The notes under the pieces were generated by a model. That model did no database searches. It was not told the DNA's origin and saw only the letters and a list, made by a program, of their open reading frames with translations. Both the position numbers and the translations under genes were made by a program. A DNA stretch of 64,000 bases from Candidatus Bathyarchaeota archaeon (GTDB lineage Archaea > Thermoproteota > Bathyarchaeia > Bathyarchaeales > Bathycorpusculaceae), in the NCBI GenBank assembly GCA_963715865.1, contig OY970280.1, positions 1,152,001 through 1,216,000 on the forward strand, read 5' to 3'. Of this stretch, positions 8,564 through 18,020 are shown one piece after another (positions within the stretch are counted from its first letter, which is position 1; each line of letters starts with the position of its first letter).

Positions 8564-11500
8564 CTAGTTTTCAATGTCTATAGTTATTGTTGGCGGCAGC
8601 TCAGCCAGTATCCAGAGTCCAGGTTGACCGTATCCGCTATAAATTGGGGGAGCGGAACCATCAAAAGTTGCCACTGCACCATACCAAGTCACATCCAAGG
8701 CAGTTTGGAATGAAACGGGGCTAAGCGTCACGGGAAGCAACGAGATTGTTTGAGCTGAGGAGTCCGCTTTAATTGCTCCTGTAGCATTTGCGAGAGACAT
8801 GGCGTCAAAGACGTAAAGCATTTGGTTAGCTTGGTCAGTGAACATTATGCCTGCACCTTTTGTGCTGTCGGTGAATTGGCTCCAGTGATGCACCGAAGTT
8901 CCTGTGGAGTTGCTGAATGTTTGTGTGCCGCTTGCAACAACCGGGTCGCCGTTCAAAGTCCCGTTTTCAGTTTGCAATTGTCCTACATTTGAAGTCATGT
9001 TAATTGGGCATAGGTCGGTTATTGTGCGGGTTTGCGTTGAATTGATAAACATGAGACTAAGTTGATAAGTGTAGTAGGTTGCGTTAGCAGGTAAAGTGAG
9101 CACCATGTCAGCGTAGAGGTTTGGACAATTATTAACTCCGTTGTTCCATTCGGCTTCCTGTTGCACTATGTCTCGAACTACGCCGTTGTATATGACATAG
9201 TCTATTCCAGATCCGTAAGTGCTATCTTGATTGTTTATTCGCATGAAACTTGCCGTGCTCGAGGTGCTGGTACCAACAACTGTTGAAGTTACGATGAAAC
9301 CGCCGCTGAATTGGAGACTTAACTTCCCATTGCTAAGCAAGTTGCCACTTGGATTGTCGCTAGTAAAGTACGTGTTCGTATAAGCCAAGGGAGTTTGTGC
9401 TGCTTGGTCGCTGCCGTTCCACCACACAGTGAAATCTGAAACGTGAGTGTTTACAAGAAAAACAATCATTTGCCTGTTACCAAAAACCGTTGTGTTATCT
9501 GTTAATCCTAACGGAACAGTGTAGGAAGATGCCCAGTCTTCAATTTGGAAGGGCACTTGTTGATTGACGCCGTCTATGGTTTCGTTAACGTGAATGGCTT
9601 TCACGGGAACAGGCGGAACAGGAACAGTTTGAGTCGTATTTTGCAGGTTTTGACCTAACCAGATCATAGTTCCATTTTGAAGGAGCTCGACGGCAACTGT
9701 TGCTGCTGGATTTTGTAGTGACAAGAATAGGTCTTGATCAGACTGTGGTCTAAGAAGAGCCGCATCTATCTGCCACCCTTTCGGTATTATAGTGTTGCTG
9801 GCGCTGAATCTGATTGTAAAATTAGGCGAGGTTAAATATGAACTGATGGAAAGGTTGTTCCAGCCGCTAACTAAAGAATTTGAGATAGGCTGCCATGCGC
9901 CACCGTTCCAAGCGTCAACCGCCAATCCTGCAGGTGAAGATGCACCTGTGTTGATGCAGAGGACTGGGTGAGAATTAAAGTAGGTTGCATTCACGTCTGT
10001 CCATTGTTCTTGGAGGTTAAGCATGTAGCTAGGAACATCTGGACTATACTGCACCATGTCCAGATTCAGGTTAAACTGCGTCGTAGTTGATTTAGTGGCT
10101 GTAATCATGACTTTCCAGTATCCGCTACTGTTCAAAAAGCTAGTCGGGATAGCAGTGATTGTTTGAGTATTTAATGAATCGCTGGTTCCGATTGTAGCAG
10201 TCATGAATCCGTCACCGCTGTTTGGGTACAGCCCTGTGCCCCAGTTGTAAAGCTGGAAAGTGGCAGTTACGCCGCTGATAGAAGCTAAGCTGTCTATTGT
10301 CCAAATAAGGTCATTCCAAGGGGTAGACGCGCTTGATTGCCCAGTGAACTCAACCTGTGCAGTGTATTGGTTTGCTGTTGAGTAAGTGCAGTAGATGCTA
10401 TACGCTCGTTGGTTACCTTGACCTTGATCACTAAGAGATGTTGGCCAAGTTGGGTAGCTTGCAGAACCTCTGAAGTACTCAGCCGTGCCCGAATCGTAGT
10501 ATATGTTGACGCTTGTATCCGAGGCTTCAACCGCCAAAACATAGTTTGTGGATGCCATCAAATTTAGTTGAGATATAAAGTTGAATGTAACCCAACCATT
10601 CACAGTGGTTAATACATTTTCTTGAGTACTTGCGATTAGTGTACTGCCATCACCAGAATAGATGCCAGCCTGCGCTTTGAACGCGGTGAGATAGTTGCAT
10701 CGAATGGAGTATTGATTGGAATTCGATGAAAAACTTGGGGAGGATGGCCAGTTGCTGCCATAAGTTGATGAGACGTACCGGCCACTACCGCCAGAAGAAG
10801 AACGATAAAGGAGTGCGTCGCCACCAGTTCCAGAGTCAGACCAAACAACCAGTATGTAATTCGTATTTGCCGTTAAGGTTGGTTTAGGATCATTGAAGAC
10901 AAAATTTTGTGAGCCAGTGCCTACCGAAATTAACTTTTCTTGCGTTGCACCAATAAAATTGCCGTTTGAGTCGTAAATAGCTGCTTTGATGTGCTTTGCG
11001 CTCACTGTGACAGATATGTAGGCGTCTATGCTTTGAGCGAGGGCGAGAGTTGCTCCAGATGTAAATGATCCGGAGTTAAATATGCTGCCTCTAAGGGTGT
11101 TAAGGAGAGTTGGAGTTCCCGATGAACCGCCGCCTGTGTTGGTTGTTCCAAAATTGTTTGATGATGACGTAAATGTTAGATACGCGCTTATGCTGTTGGC
11201 TAGACCCGCTTGGGTTATTGTAAAGCTGGAACCCCTAACATAGTTAAAGCCGCTTGGAGATTTGCCATTGGTGACATAGCCGAAAGTGTTGGATGCCCCC
11301 GAAAAATTAGACCCGTAAGAGTGGAAACTCATGTACACGCCGTTGCAACTTTGCAGGTCATTTGTTGTACCACTAGCCCAAGTTGTTGAACCTATCGGGT
11401 TCCAGTATATGGGGTAGCTTGGTTGTGGCACTGTTCCGGAGGTTGCTTCTGTCATGGTGTCATATATAGCGTCTGGACCTTGCTGTTGTGCTGTAAAGTT

Positions 11501-12325
11501 GCTGTGGGCACCTTGATCGGGAATAGAATCTATGCTTGAGTTATATTGGTCTACGTAATCTCCGCCGCTCACTACACTGCTGTTGAATATTAGGCTTCCA
11601 GTGTAGTGGCTAAATGAGGAAGCTGCAACCGTGATGCCGCGGGTGTCTTGCACCTGAATGGCGAAGCCCTGTGGGTTTATTCCAGACGGGATATCAATAA
11701 TGTAGGTACCGTTGCTGGAAGAGGCGGGCTCATCGGGCGGGTTCGCCATTGCCCAGGACAAGTTATTATATTCATAAAGATAAAATTTGAAACTTGACAT
11801 GCTTAAACCGACTACAGGCGTATTTTCGTCTTTGACAACGGTTAGGGAAACTTGATTGTTGGAGGAAGAGGGATTAATCTGGACATCTAGTCGGCAGGAT
11901 GCTGTGTATGCTATGCCACAGATGCCTAGCCCTGTTAGGTCGTATGTGACGTTTAGGTTTGCTTGGCTATAGCTTGCGTTCGTAAACCAGTTAGTGCCTA
12001 GCGACAGGTTAGCGACGTTGAAGGAGGCGCCCCACTCGGGTTTTATGTCAGCCACGTTTTCTAAACCGCTGTCCAAGTATTTTGTGGCAAGCGTTTGGGC
12101 ATATGACGAGTTACCTGTAACTTGCATAACGGAGCCGTAGTAGCCTACGGTGAAGCCTAAAATTTGTTTCAGCGCCAAGTTAGTTTCATCTATGGCGCTT
12201 AAGATTTGGGGTTGATCTTGAATTGGGCTATAGCGTATTGCAGCGTAGGTTGCCGTGACTGAAGCTACTAGAACTATTGCAACCAGCAAAGCGGCAATAA
12301 TTGAAAACTGTCCCTTATTGTTCAA
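8564..12325 (-). CDS. Giant (~1250 aa) pilin-like surface protein/adhesin with class III signal peptide
   Basis: TTG at 12325 directly after upstream stop gives MNNKG|QFSIIAALLVAIVLV; S/T/N/G-rich beta-sandwich modules; ORF track start 12349. Confidence 0.8.
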   Translation of the reverse strand: MNNKGQFSIIAALLVAIVLVASVTATYAAIRYSPIQDQPQILSAIDETNLALKQILGFTVGYYGSVMQVTGNSSYAQTLATKYLDSGLENVADIKPEWGASFNVANLSLGTNWFTNASYSQANLNVTYDLTGLGICGIAYTASCRLDVQINPSSSNNQVSLTVVKDENTPVVGLSMSSFKFYLYEYNNLSWAMANPPDEPASSSNGTYIIDIPSGINPQGFAIQVQDTRGITVAASSFSHYTGSLIFNSSVVSGGDYVDQYNSSIDSIPDQGAHSNFTAQQQGPDAIYDTMTEATSGTVPQPSYPIYWNPIGSTTWASGTTNDLQSCNGVYMSFHSYGSNFSGASNTFGYVTNGKSPSGFNYVRGSSFTITQAGLANSISAYLTFTSSSNNFGTTNTGGGSSGTPTLLNTLRGSIFNSGSFTSGATLALAQSIDAYISVTVSAKHIKAAIYDSNGNFIGATQEKLISVGTGSQNFVFNDPKPTLTANTNYILVVWSDSGTGGDALLYRSSSGGSGRYVSSTYGSNWPSSPSFSSNSNQYSIRCNYLTAFKAQAGIYSGDGSTLIASTQENVLTTVNGWVTFNFISQLNLMASTNYVLAVEASDTSVNIYYDSGTAEYFRGSASYPTWPTSLSDQGQGNQRAYSIYCTYSTANQYTAQVEFTGQSSASTPWNDLIWTIDSLASISGVTATFQLYNWGTGLYPNSGDGFMTATIGTSDSLNTQTITAIPTSFLNSSGYWKVMITATKSTTTQFNLNLDMVQYSPDVPSYMLNLQEQWTDVNATYFNSHPVLCINTGASSPAGLAVDAWNGGAWQPISNSLVSGWNNLSISSYLTSPNFTIRFSASNTIIPKGWQIDAALLRPQSDQDLFLSLQNPAATVAVELLQNGTMIWLGQNLQNTTQTVPVPPVPVKAIHVNETIDGVNQQVPFQIEDWASSYTVPLGLTDNTTVFGNRQMIVFLVNTHVSDFTVWWNGSDQAAQTPLAYTNTYFTSDNPSGNLLSNGKLSLQFSGGFIVTSTVVGTSTSSTASFMRINNQDSTYGSGIDYVIYNGVVRDIVQQEAEWNNGVNNCPNLYADMVLTLPANATYYTYQLSLMFINSTQTRTITDLCPINMTSNVGQLQTENGTLNGDPVVASGTQTFSNSTGTSVHHWSQFTDSTKGAGIMFTDQANQMLYVFDAMSLANATGAIKADSSAQTISLLPVTLSPVSFQTALDVTWYGAVATFDGSAPPIYSGYGQPGLWILAELPPTITIDIEN

Positions 12326-12326
12326 T

Positions 12327-13670
12327 TTAGGCGCCTCCAGCCAGTCCAAGTTGTAAAACTACCAGTCGGGAAGTTCCTGATGCTGTATATTCCGAAGGGT
12401 AGAGACTAGGTTGATAATCGGACAATAAGCCCAGTGCTGTGAGTCTGATGTCTGGAGTTCGCGTTAAACCTAAAGCGTAGAATCCACCTTGGTATTGTGA
12501 TGTCTGGTTAACCGTAATAAAGTGCCGATAAATCGCGCCTGGGTTCCAACTGCCCACAGTGTTAAAAACGTAAGTTGTCACATTTAGGTGATAACTGTTT
12601 AGAATAGAGGTTGGTAATGCTCTCGTCGAAGTCTGAGTTTGTGATGGATAAATACCATAATAGTTGCAGCTTCCCAAGGCTTTATTGGACAGATTTACTA
12701 AGCCAGGACTGCCAGTAGTGCTATCACCATATGAATAGGTCTGATTGTCTATCCCTTGAAGGAAGGCGGTTAATCCTGCTGCACCGTCACCACCGTTCTT
12801 GCCGATCATATTCATACCATATATGCCCCAAGTGTTCTGGCTGTTGGAAAACAAAGCAACATTTGACACGTAATAGAATGGCCACCCAACTATGCTGGCC
12901 CATGTCCAATTGTACTGCAAAACTCTCTGACCTATTGTATAAGCATAGCGTGTATAGGAACTGCTGGCAGAATCATAACCGACTCCTGTGCTCTGGTAAT
13001 AACCAGACGGAATAGGCACTGCTTCTCCGCATGTGTTAATGATTACGGCGTTCTGAACTGCTTCGCCTTGCAGTGCTGTCCCGTTTAGTATCTGTGCAAG
13101 CTGTGCAGTATTCTGCACCATTATTGTGTTAACAAAATACGGCGATAATAGATTGTACAAGTCTTGAGCTAAACTTTGCGCGGTATAACCGGTAATCCAC
13201 CAGCCGTTTGCATCACTGCAATTCAAAATGTATAGTGTTCCGCCGTTGCCGTTCTCACCTATTTTCTGCGGTGTAAAATTAAAAGTCACGTTTGAAGAAG
13301 CTACTGTGTACGTTGAAACATCGGAGGTTGCACCTAGAGTCTCAGCGTTTGAAATAGAAGTTACATCACTGTAAAGTGGCACTCCGCCAGCGTTTACATC
13401 ATAGACTGTTAGATTGTATATGATGTTCGGTGGCAGTGAAGCTGAAAGAGCAACTTGTAGCCCACCCCAAAGCGTTGAATTATCCGTTTCAAACGCTGCT
13501 TTACTTAAATCATAATCAGAATCAAGCAGTTGCAAAGTCGTTAAAGACAGGCGGTTAAGATTTATTGGCGAAACCTGTCTTGGCGCCGGCAAAACAGCAA
13601 AGTAGGAAGCTCCTATGAATGCGCCAGCGAGAATTATTATTACGAATAACACTTCGATTGTGCGAATCAT
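12327..13670 (-). CDS. Pilin-like protein (N-terminal RTIE + hydrophobic helix), 447 aa
   Basis: MIRTIEVLFVIIILAGAFIG; operon position. Confidence 0.7.
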   Translation of the reverse strand: MIRTIEVLFVIIILAGAFIGASYFAVLPAPRQVSPINLNRLSLTTLQLLDSDYDLSKAAFETDNSTLWGGLQVALSASLPPNIIYNLTVYDVNAGGVPLYSDVTSISNAETLGATSDVSTYTVASSNVTFNFTPQKIGENGNGGTLYILNCSDANGWWITGYTAQSLAQDLYNLLSPYFVNTIMVQNTAQLAQILNGTALQGEAVQNAVIINTCGEAVPIPSGYYQSTGVGYDSASSSYTRYAYTIGQRVLQYNWTWASIVGWPFYYVSNVALFSNSQNTWGIYGMNMIGKNGGDGAAGLTAFLQGIDNQTYSYGDSTTGSPGLVNLSNKALGSCNYYGIYPSQTQTSTRALPTSILNSYHLNVTTYVFNTVGSWNPGAIYRHFITVNQTSQYQGGFYALGLTRTPDIRLTALGLLSDYQPSLYPSEYTASGTSRLVVLQLGLAGGA

Positions 13671-14919
13671 TTAGCCAGCCACCTGTACGCCTTGATTCCA
13701 CAATTCAAGTTTTGCTTGGTAGGCGATGCCGCCGATTGTTACTTGACGTATGTCAGTTGCAACCCACTCTTGCCCCTGAGGATTGCCCCCGAACGTTACT
13801 GGAAAAGCTAGAGAACTGATGCCCCAAGGCATCATTACTACGCCGCCTTGAGTGGAGCCCTCTTGTTGGTAGGTAACTATCAAAATGCCGGTTGTACATG
13901 TTGGCAAGGTAATAGAGTGATATGGGTTGCCAGGGCCAGAAATACTATAGTTCGCTATATCTGGATTGTTGGAACCTTCAAGAGACAACTCGCTAAGTGT
14001 ATAATCTTCTTTTAAGATAACAAAAGTGGCGTTATACTTTAGGGTACTTCCCTGTTGACCTGAATTGTTTAGGTCATAATTATGCGCCAATACAACTGTT
14101 TGCGAGCCCATATCCTGTACGATAGGAACGATGTATTGGTCGGTAGCTGAGACACGCGTGTGGTAGCCTACTCCTACAATGCCATCCAGATGTGCGTAGG
14201 CAATGAATGCATAATTTTGGTTTACATCTGTTACAGTTGGGAATAGTACGTTAGCCATACCTATGCTGATTAGTGGTGATGGCACTAGTTTGTATGGTGT
14301 AGGATGGATAGTCGGCGTCAGTTTGAGCCATTGTAACTAGGATGAGGCAGTAGTTTATGGTTGCACCGGCAAATGGAAAGCCTGTTCCACTTGCGCTTAT
14401 TAATAGATTTAACGGTGAGCCAAGGACGTTCGTTTGATTTACGGATACAGTAATGTCTGGAGTGAGTGTTAATTGGAAGCCGTATGTATTGTTTATTCCA
14501 AGCAGTGTCAACGCTGTGGAATAGTTAAGTGCTTGAGCGTTTGGCGTTAGCAGAGAGGCGCCAAATCCTAAACTTGCGTTGTTATAGTATATGCTGGGGC
14601 TGGTTTTGTCATATTCAACCATGTTTCCTGTTGAAGAACCCAGCCGCATAAGTGAAAAGGGACTTAGTTGATACTGGGTAAACTCTGGGTCCTGCAATCC
14701 GAAACCTGATGGTATACTACCATCGGTTCCCCAAGTGGCGTTTATGCCTGGATTCAAAAGTATGGTATCTAAAAGGTCGCTAGTTTTTGTTGACAACGAG
14801 CTGTGGCTTTCGTAAACAATTGCGGTTTGAATGGGTTGACTGAAAAGCCCGATAAAAATCAGGATAGCAGCGATGAACACTATGAGCGATACCATGTGGT
14901 CCAATGTTGCACTTGCCAT
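13671..14919 (-). pseudogene. Pilin-like protein split by a frameshift near 14265 (joins ORFs 14251-14925 and 13671-14285)
   Basis: MASATLDHMVSLIVFIAAILIF N-terminus; removing one base in AAT CAG C ATA GGT gives ..TTNQIGMANVLF.. continuous to 13671. Confidence 0.7.
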
Positions 14920-14921
14920 AC

Positions 14922-15410
14922 TCAAGTGCCTCCTTGAAAAGACAGCGAAATGATACCTGACGCTTTAGTGGCGCTTATGAGCGAAATATTGTTACTTTTA
15001 AATGTTGAATTGTTTTGCCAATAAGCATTTTGCCCCAAGGTAACGAGTGTTGAAGCTTTACCGCTGGCACCTATGAGGCTAAGAGTTAGGTTCATAACCT
15101 CAACCTTACTATTGAGATTTGTAGCATTGCTCAAAGTTATCATGTAATTGTAACCGTTATTACCATCTTCTATTGTAGTCGGCACGTCCAACTTGGCGGT
15201 AAGTGCACCGCTAGAAATCGACGCATGATTCATAGTGTAATAAAGCTGCTGGATAGAACTGCCTAAATGCCCCGATACCTCTTGAAGTTCCAATGTCATC
15301 CGTGAATTAGACCAAGCACCCATAATTGTTGTGGCAGCGATTGGAAAAAGGAAAATTTGCAGAATCAAAATCGGAACCATAATCATGTATTCAATAGTTA
15401 CCTGCGGCAA
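14922..15410 (-). CDS. Minor pilin/TadE-like protein
   Basis: MP|QVTIEYMIMVPILIL, Glu at +5; RBS GGAGGGTG upstream. Confidence 0.75.
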   Translation of the reverse strand: MPQVTIEYMIMVPILILQIFLFPIAATTIMGAWSNSRMTLELQEVSGHLGSSIQQLYYTMNHASISSGALTAKLDVPTTIEDGNNGYNYMITLSNATNLNSKVEVMNLTLSLIGASGKASTLVTLGQNAYWQNNSTFKSNNISLISATKASGIISLSFQGGT

Positions 15411-15427
15411 TTTTCACCCTCCATGTA

Positions 15428-16280
15428 CTATACTTGCCCTTCAGCAACTTGCACCTCACCGAAGTAAAATTCAACAACCGAATTAGAAATGTTGAGTGTT
15501 ACAGTGTTGCTAGCAAAATTGAAAAAGGAAGCGTCAAATCCAGAGTTTGCGTTTGGACTAACACTAATAATTACTTTATTGACGCCAGTTTCAGTAATTT
15601 TTGTGACGTTTTCTCCAGTCAACGTTACAGATGGGGAACTAGAAAATGTTGTGCCACCCTTGGTCAAATATGGTATATAAAACTTGAAGTAACTTGTTGG
15701 CTGGGCACCCGTAATTGTAGAATTAAGCACTCTTATGGTAGGCACTAGGACTATTCGGGTATAGCTTGTGGCATTCGTGGATAGTTTTTCCTCGCAAAAT
15801 ACTTGACTTACTGGCGCTGAAGAACCACTTTGCAAAAATGAGCCGTTGGCAGAAATGGGAACTCGTTCAAAGTAATTGTTGCCTACTGAATATGAACTTA
15901 CAGGCATATTGTATAGAATGATTCCTGTTTCAGGCGCGGTGAAATTTACCCATCCTGAACTGCTGGTGTAAAGTTGAAAGGTGTAATTTAGCACTGATTC
16001 ATTAAAATTTAGGACTCCGTACTTGCTTGAGTAGGTAACCGTCTGTGTTCGACCAATCGTCCAAGCTATGTCGTCTATTTGCTGTCCAGTCGTTTGCATG
16101 AATTGTTGGTTAGTGCTGAATTCGTTCTGAGCCATCTGTATATTCAAGGTATTATACGCGTAACTCATGGCTACTAAAATCATGACGATGCCAGCAGCAG
16201 TAAGTATAACGGTTGAAATGGCGGGACTAATTGCTCTCTTGTCCTTTCGTAAACTTCGGTGACAATTTCTCGTATTTCAC
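15428..16280 (-). pseudogene. Type IV pilin-like protein with canonical class III signal, +1 frameshift at 16251-16253
   Basis: GTG at 16280 after GGAGAG; deleting one T gives MKYEKLSPKLRKDKRA|ISPAISTVILTAAGIVMILV continuous with ORF 15428-16183. Confidence 0.75.
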
Positions 16281-16286
16281 TCTCTC

Positions 16287-18020
16287 CTATCCGAGTTTTA
16301 CGAATTGTGGAATTAGCTTTGCTGCTATTACTGAAATAAGTACTAGAATGGCTGCATGCTTGAAACCGGCTCCGATAGACTCTTCACTTATTTTTCCGCC
16401 AACAATTCCTATAAGGTAACTGTTGAAGATAACTGCTGTCATGAATATCGTTTGCATCAAGCCTTTGCTCTGGGATGCTGTTTGCGTAACTCCCGCAGTT
16501 GTTGCGCCAAACCCTGTAGTAAAACTCATCATCATAACAGTTGTTGCAACAAGAAGGATCGATGCTAGATACGGCATCATAACGTATGGTCGCACTGACA
16601 TCTTCTTTTCCTTCTCTACATCTTGAGTAAGATTGTTAAAGCTGGCAAGAGATTCAATCATGGCGATGGTGCCGCCGCCCACATCTATGGTTTCAACTAG
16701 GAGAAACATTACTATTTGCACCATCCAACTGCGCGTACGGTGAAGAAAATCCATCATTACCCTTTTGATTGGGATACCCCACGAAATCTCAGAGCTAATT
16801 TTGCGAAGTTCTTTGCTAAAGGTGCCATAGTCACGTTTTGATAGGCTTTCGATGCATTTTTCAGGCGATAAACCTGTTTTTCGTACTTCCGTGAGGTCTC
16901 TGAGAAAACTTGTGACGCCCTGCTCCATGCTGTTCTTGGTTTTTGACAATCTTATATGCACGATGGCTGCTGGCGCAGTAGAAATAAACAAGGCAACAGA
17001 TATTGCTATGGGCAAATCAACACCCCACGCTTGCAAGGTGCTGAAAAAGGGAAGCTGAGTAGCGCCCATGAAGTTTGTTAGCAGTAAGAAGACGATTATG
17101 CCTATTACGCTACAGACGCCGAACACTTTGTAGGGGCGCATTTCCACCATCGGCGTTTTCGGCTGCATGCTGTGAGCTAGATATATGAAGAGCATTGAAA
17201 GCATTGGAGTGAAGAGGAAAGTGTACATGAGTATACCTGAGTAAGAGGATAAGTCGGTGCCGGTAGTAGTGTTGGTTCCAGTCTGGATTTGCTGTACGGC
17301 GAAAAGTATGTAAAAACAAAGAGACATCATCACCATGACAATGATGAATGTTTCAAGTAACATTCCAAGGCGTTCGGCAGCCGCTTTAAAGCGTAAAGCG
17401 CGGGTTTTGAATATGTCTTCAGCTTTCCGCTCAAGGAAGTGCCCGATGTCGCCGCCGATGATTACGGTTGAAGCGTAACCGCCTAAGAAGTCTTTGAACA
17501 TGTCCAGCGGCGTCTTTTTTGCAGCTCCTTCTAGGGCTGACAGCGGGTCAACGCCGAAGACTTCAACGTCCTTCATTATGTCTCTGGCTTCTTTACGCAT
17601 TGCTGGCATGAGGTCTACTTCTGATAGGCGTTTGAAGCTAGTGTATGGCGCTATGCCTCCGGATGCCATGACGCTGATGTATGCTGCTGCAAAAGGCATT
17701 TCGCGCTCCAAGTTTGATGATCTGTCGCTGGCATTTGACATTGGCACAACTAAGAAGCCGCCGACTACAAAAAGCGGAACTGGTACCAAAATAAGCAGGG
17801 GTATAAAATGGAAGAGCAAAACCATCACTATAGCCAGCACTGATACTGGAAGAGTTAGCATAGCAGTGAAGAACATTAGCGAAATGTAGGTGTCAGGGTA
17901 AATTTTTACCCGTCCCTTTTCCAAGGAACCTTTAACGTGGAAGACATTTTTCTGAAAGTATGGCGCTATGCGTCCGAAGAGGCGAAAGGACAGGGCTTCA
18001 AATTTCTCTAGAAACGGCAA
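16287..18020 (-). CDS. Type II secretion system F family membrane platform protein (TadC/ArlJ-like, two T2SSF domains)
   Basis: Multi-TM; REMPFAAAYISVMASGG, FLRDLTEVRKTG, IDVGGG; overlaps ATPase stop. Confidence 0.9.
   Translation of the reverse strand: MPFLEKFEALSFRLFGRIAPYFQKNVFHVKGSLEKGRVKIYPDTYISLMFFTAMLTLPVSVLAIVMVLLFHFIPLLILVPVPLFVVGGFLVVPMSNASDRSSNLEREMPFAAAYISVMASGGIAPYTSFKRLSEVDLMPAMRKEARDIMKDVEVFGVDPLSALEGAAKKTPLDMFKDFLGGYASTVIIGGDIGHFLERKAEDIFKTRALRFKAAAERLGMLLETFIIVMVMMSLCFYILFAVQQIQTGTNTTTGTDLSSYSGILMYTFLFTPMLSMLFIYLAHSMQPKTPMVEMRPYKVFGVCSVIGIIVFLLLTNFMGATQLPFFSTLQAWGVDLPIAISVALFISTAPAAIVHIRLSKTKNSMEQGVTSFLRDLTEVRKTGLSPEKCIESLSKRDYGTFSKELRKISSEISWGIPIKRVMMDFLHRTRSWMVQIVMFLLVETIDVGGGTIAMIESLASFNNLTQDVEKEKKMSVRPYVMMPYLASILLVATTVMMMSFTTGFGATTAGVTQTASQSKGLMQTIFMTAVIFNSYLIGIVGGKISEESIGAGFKHAAILVLISVIAAKLIPQFVKLG

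Noticed and set aside
10685-11167. Inserted segment as an intein
   Set aside because: No C-terminal His-Asn followed by Cys/Ser/Thr and no HINT or LAGLIDADG motifs; it is homologous to the host domain
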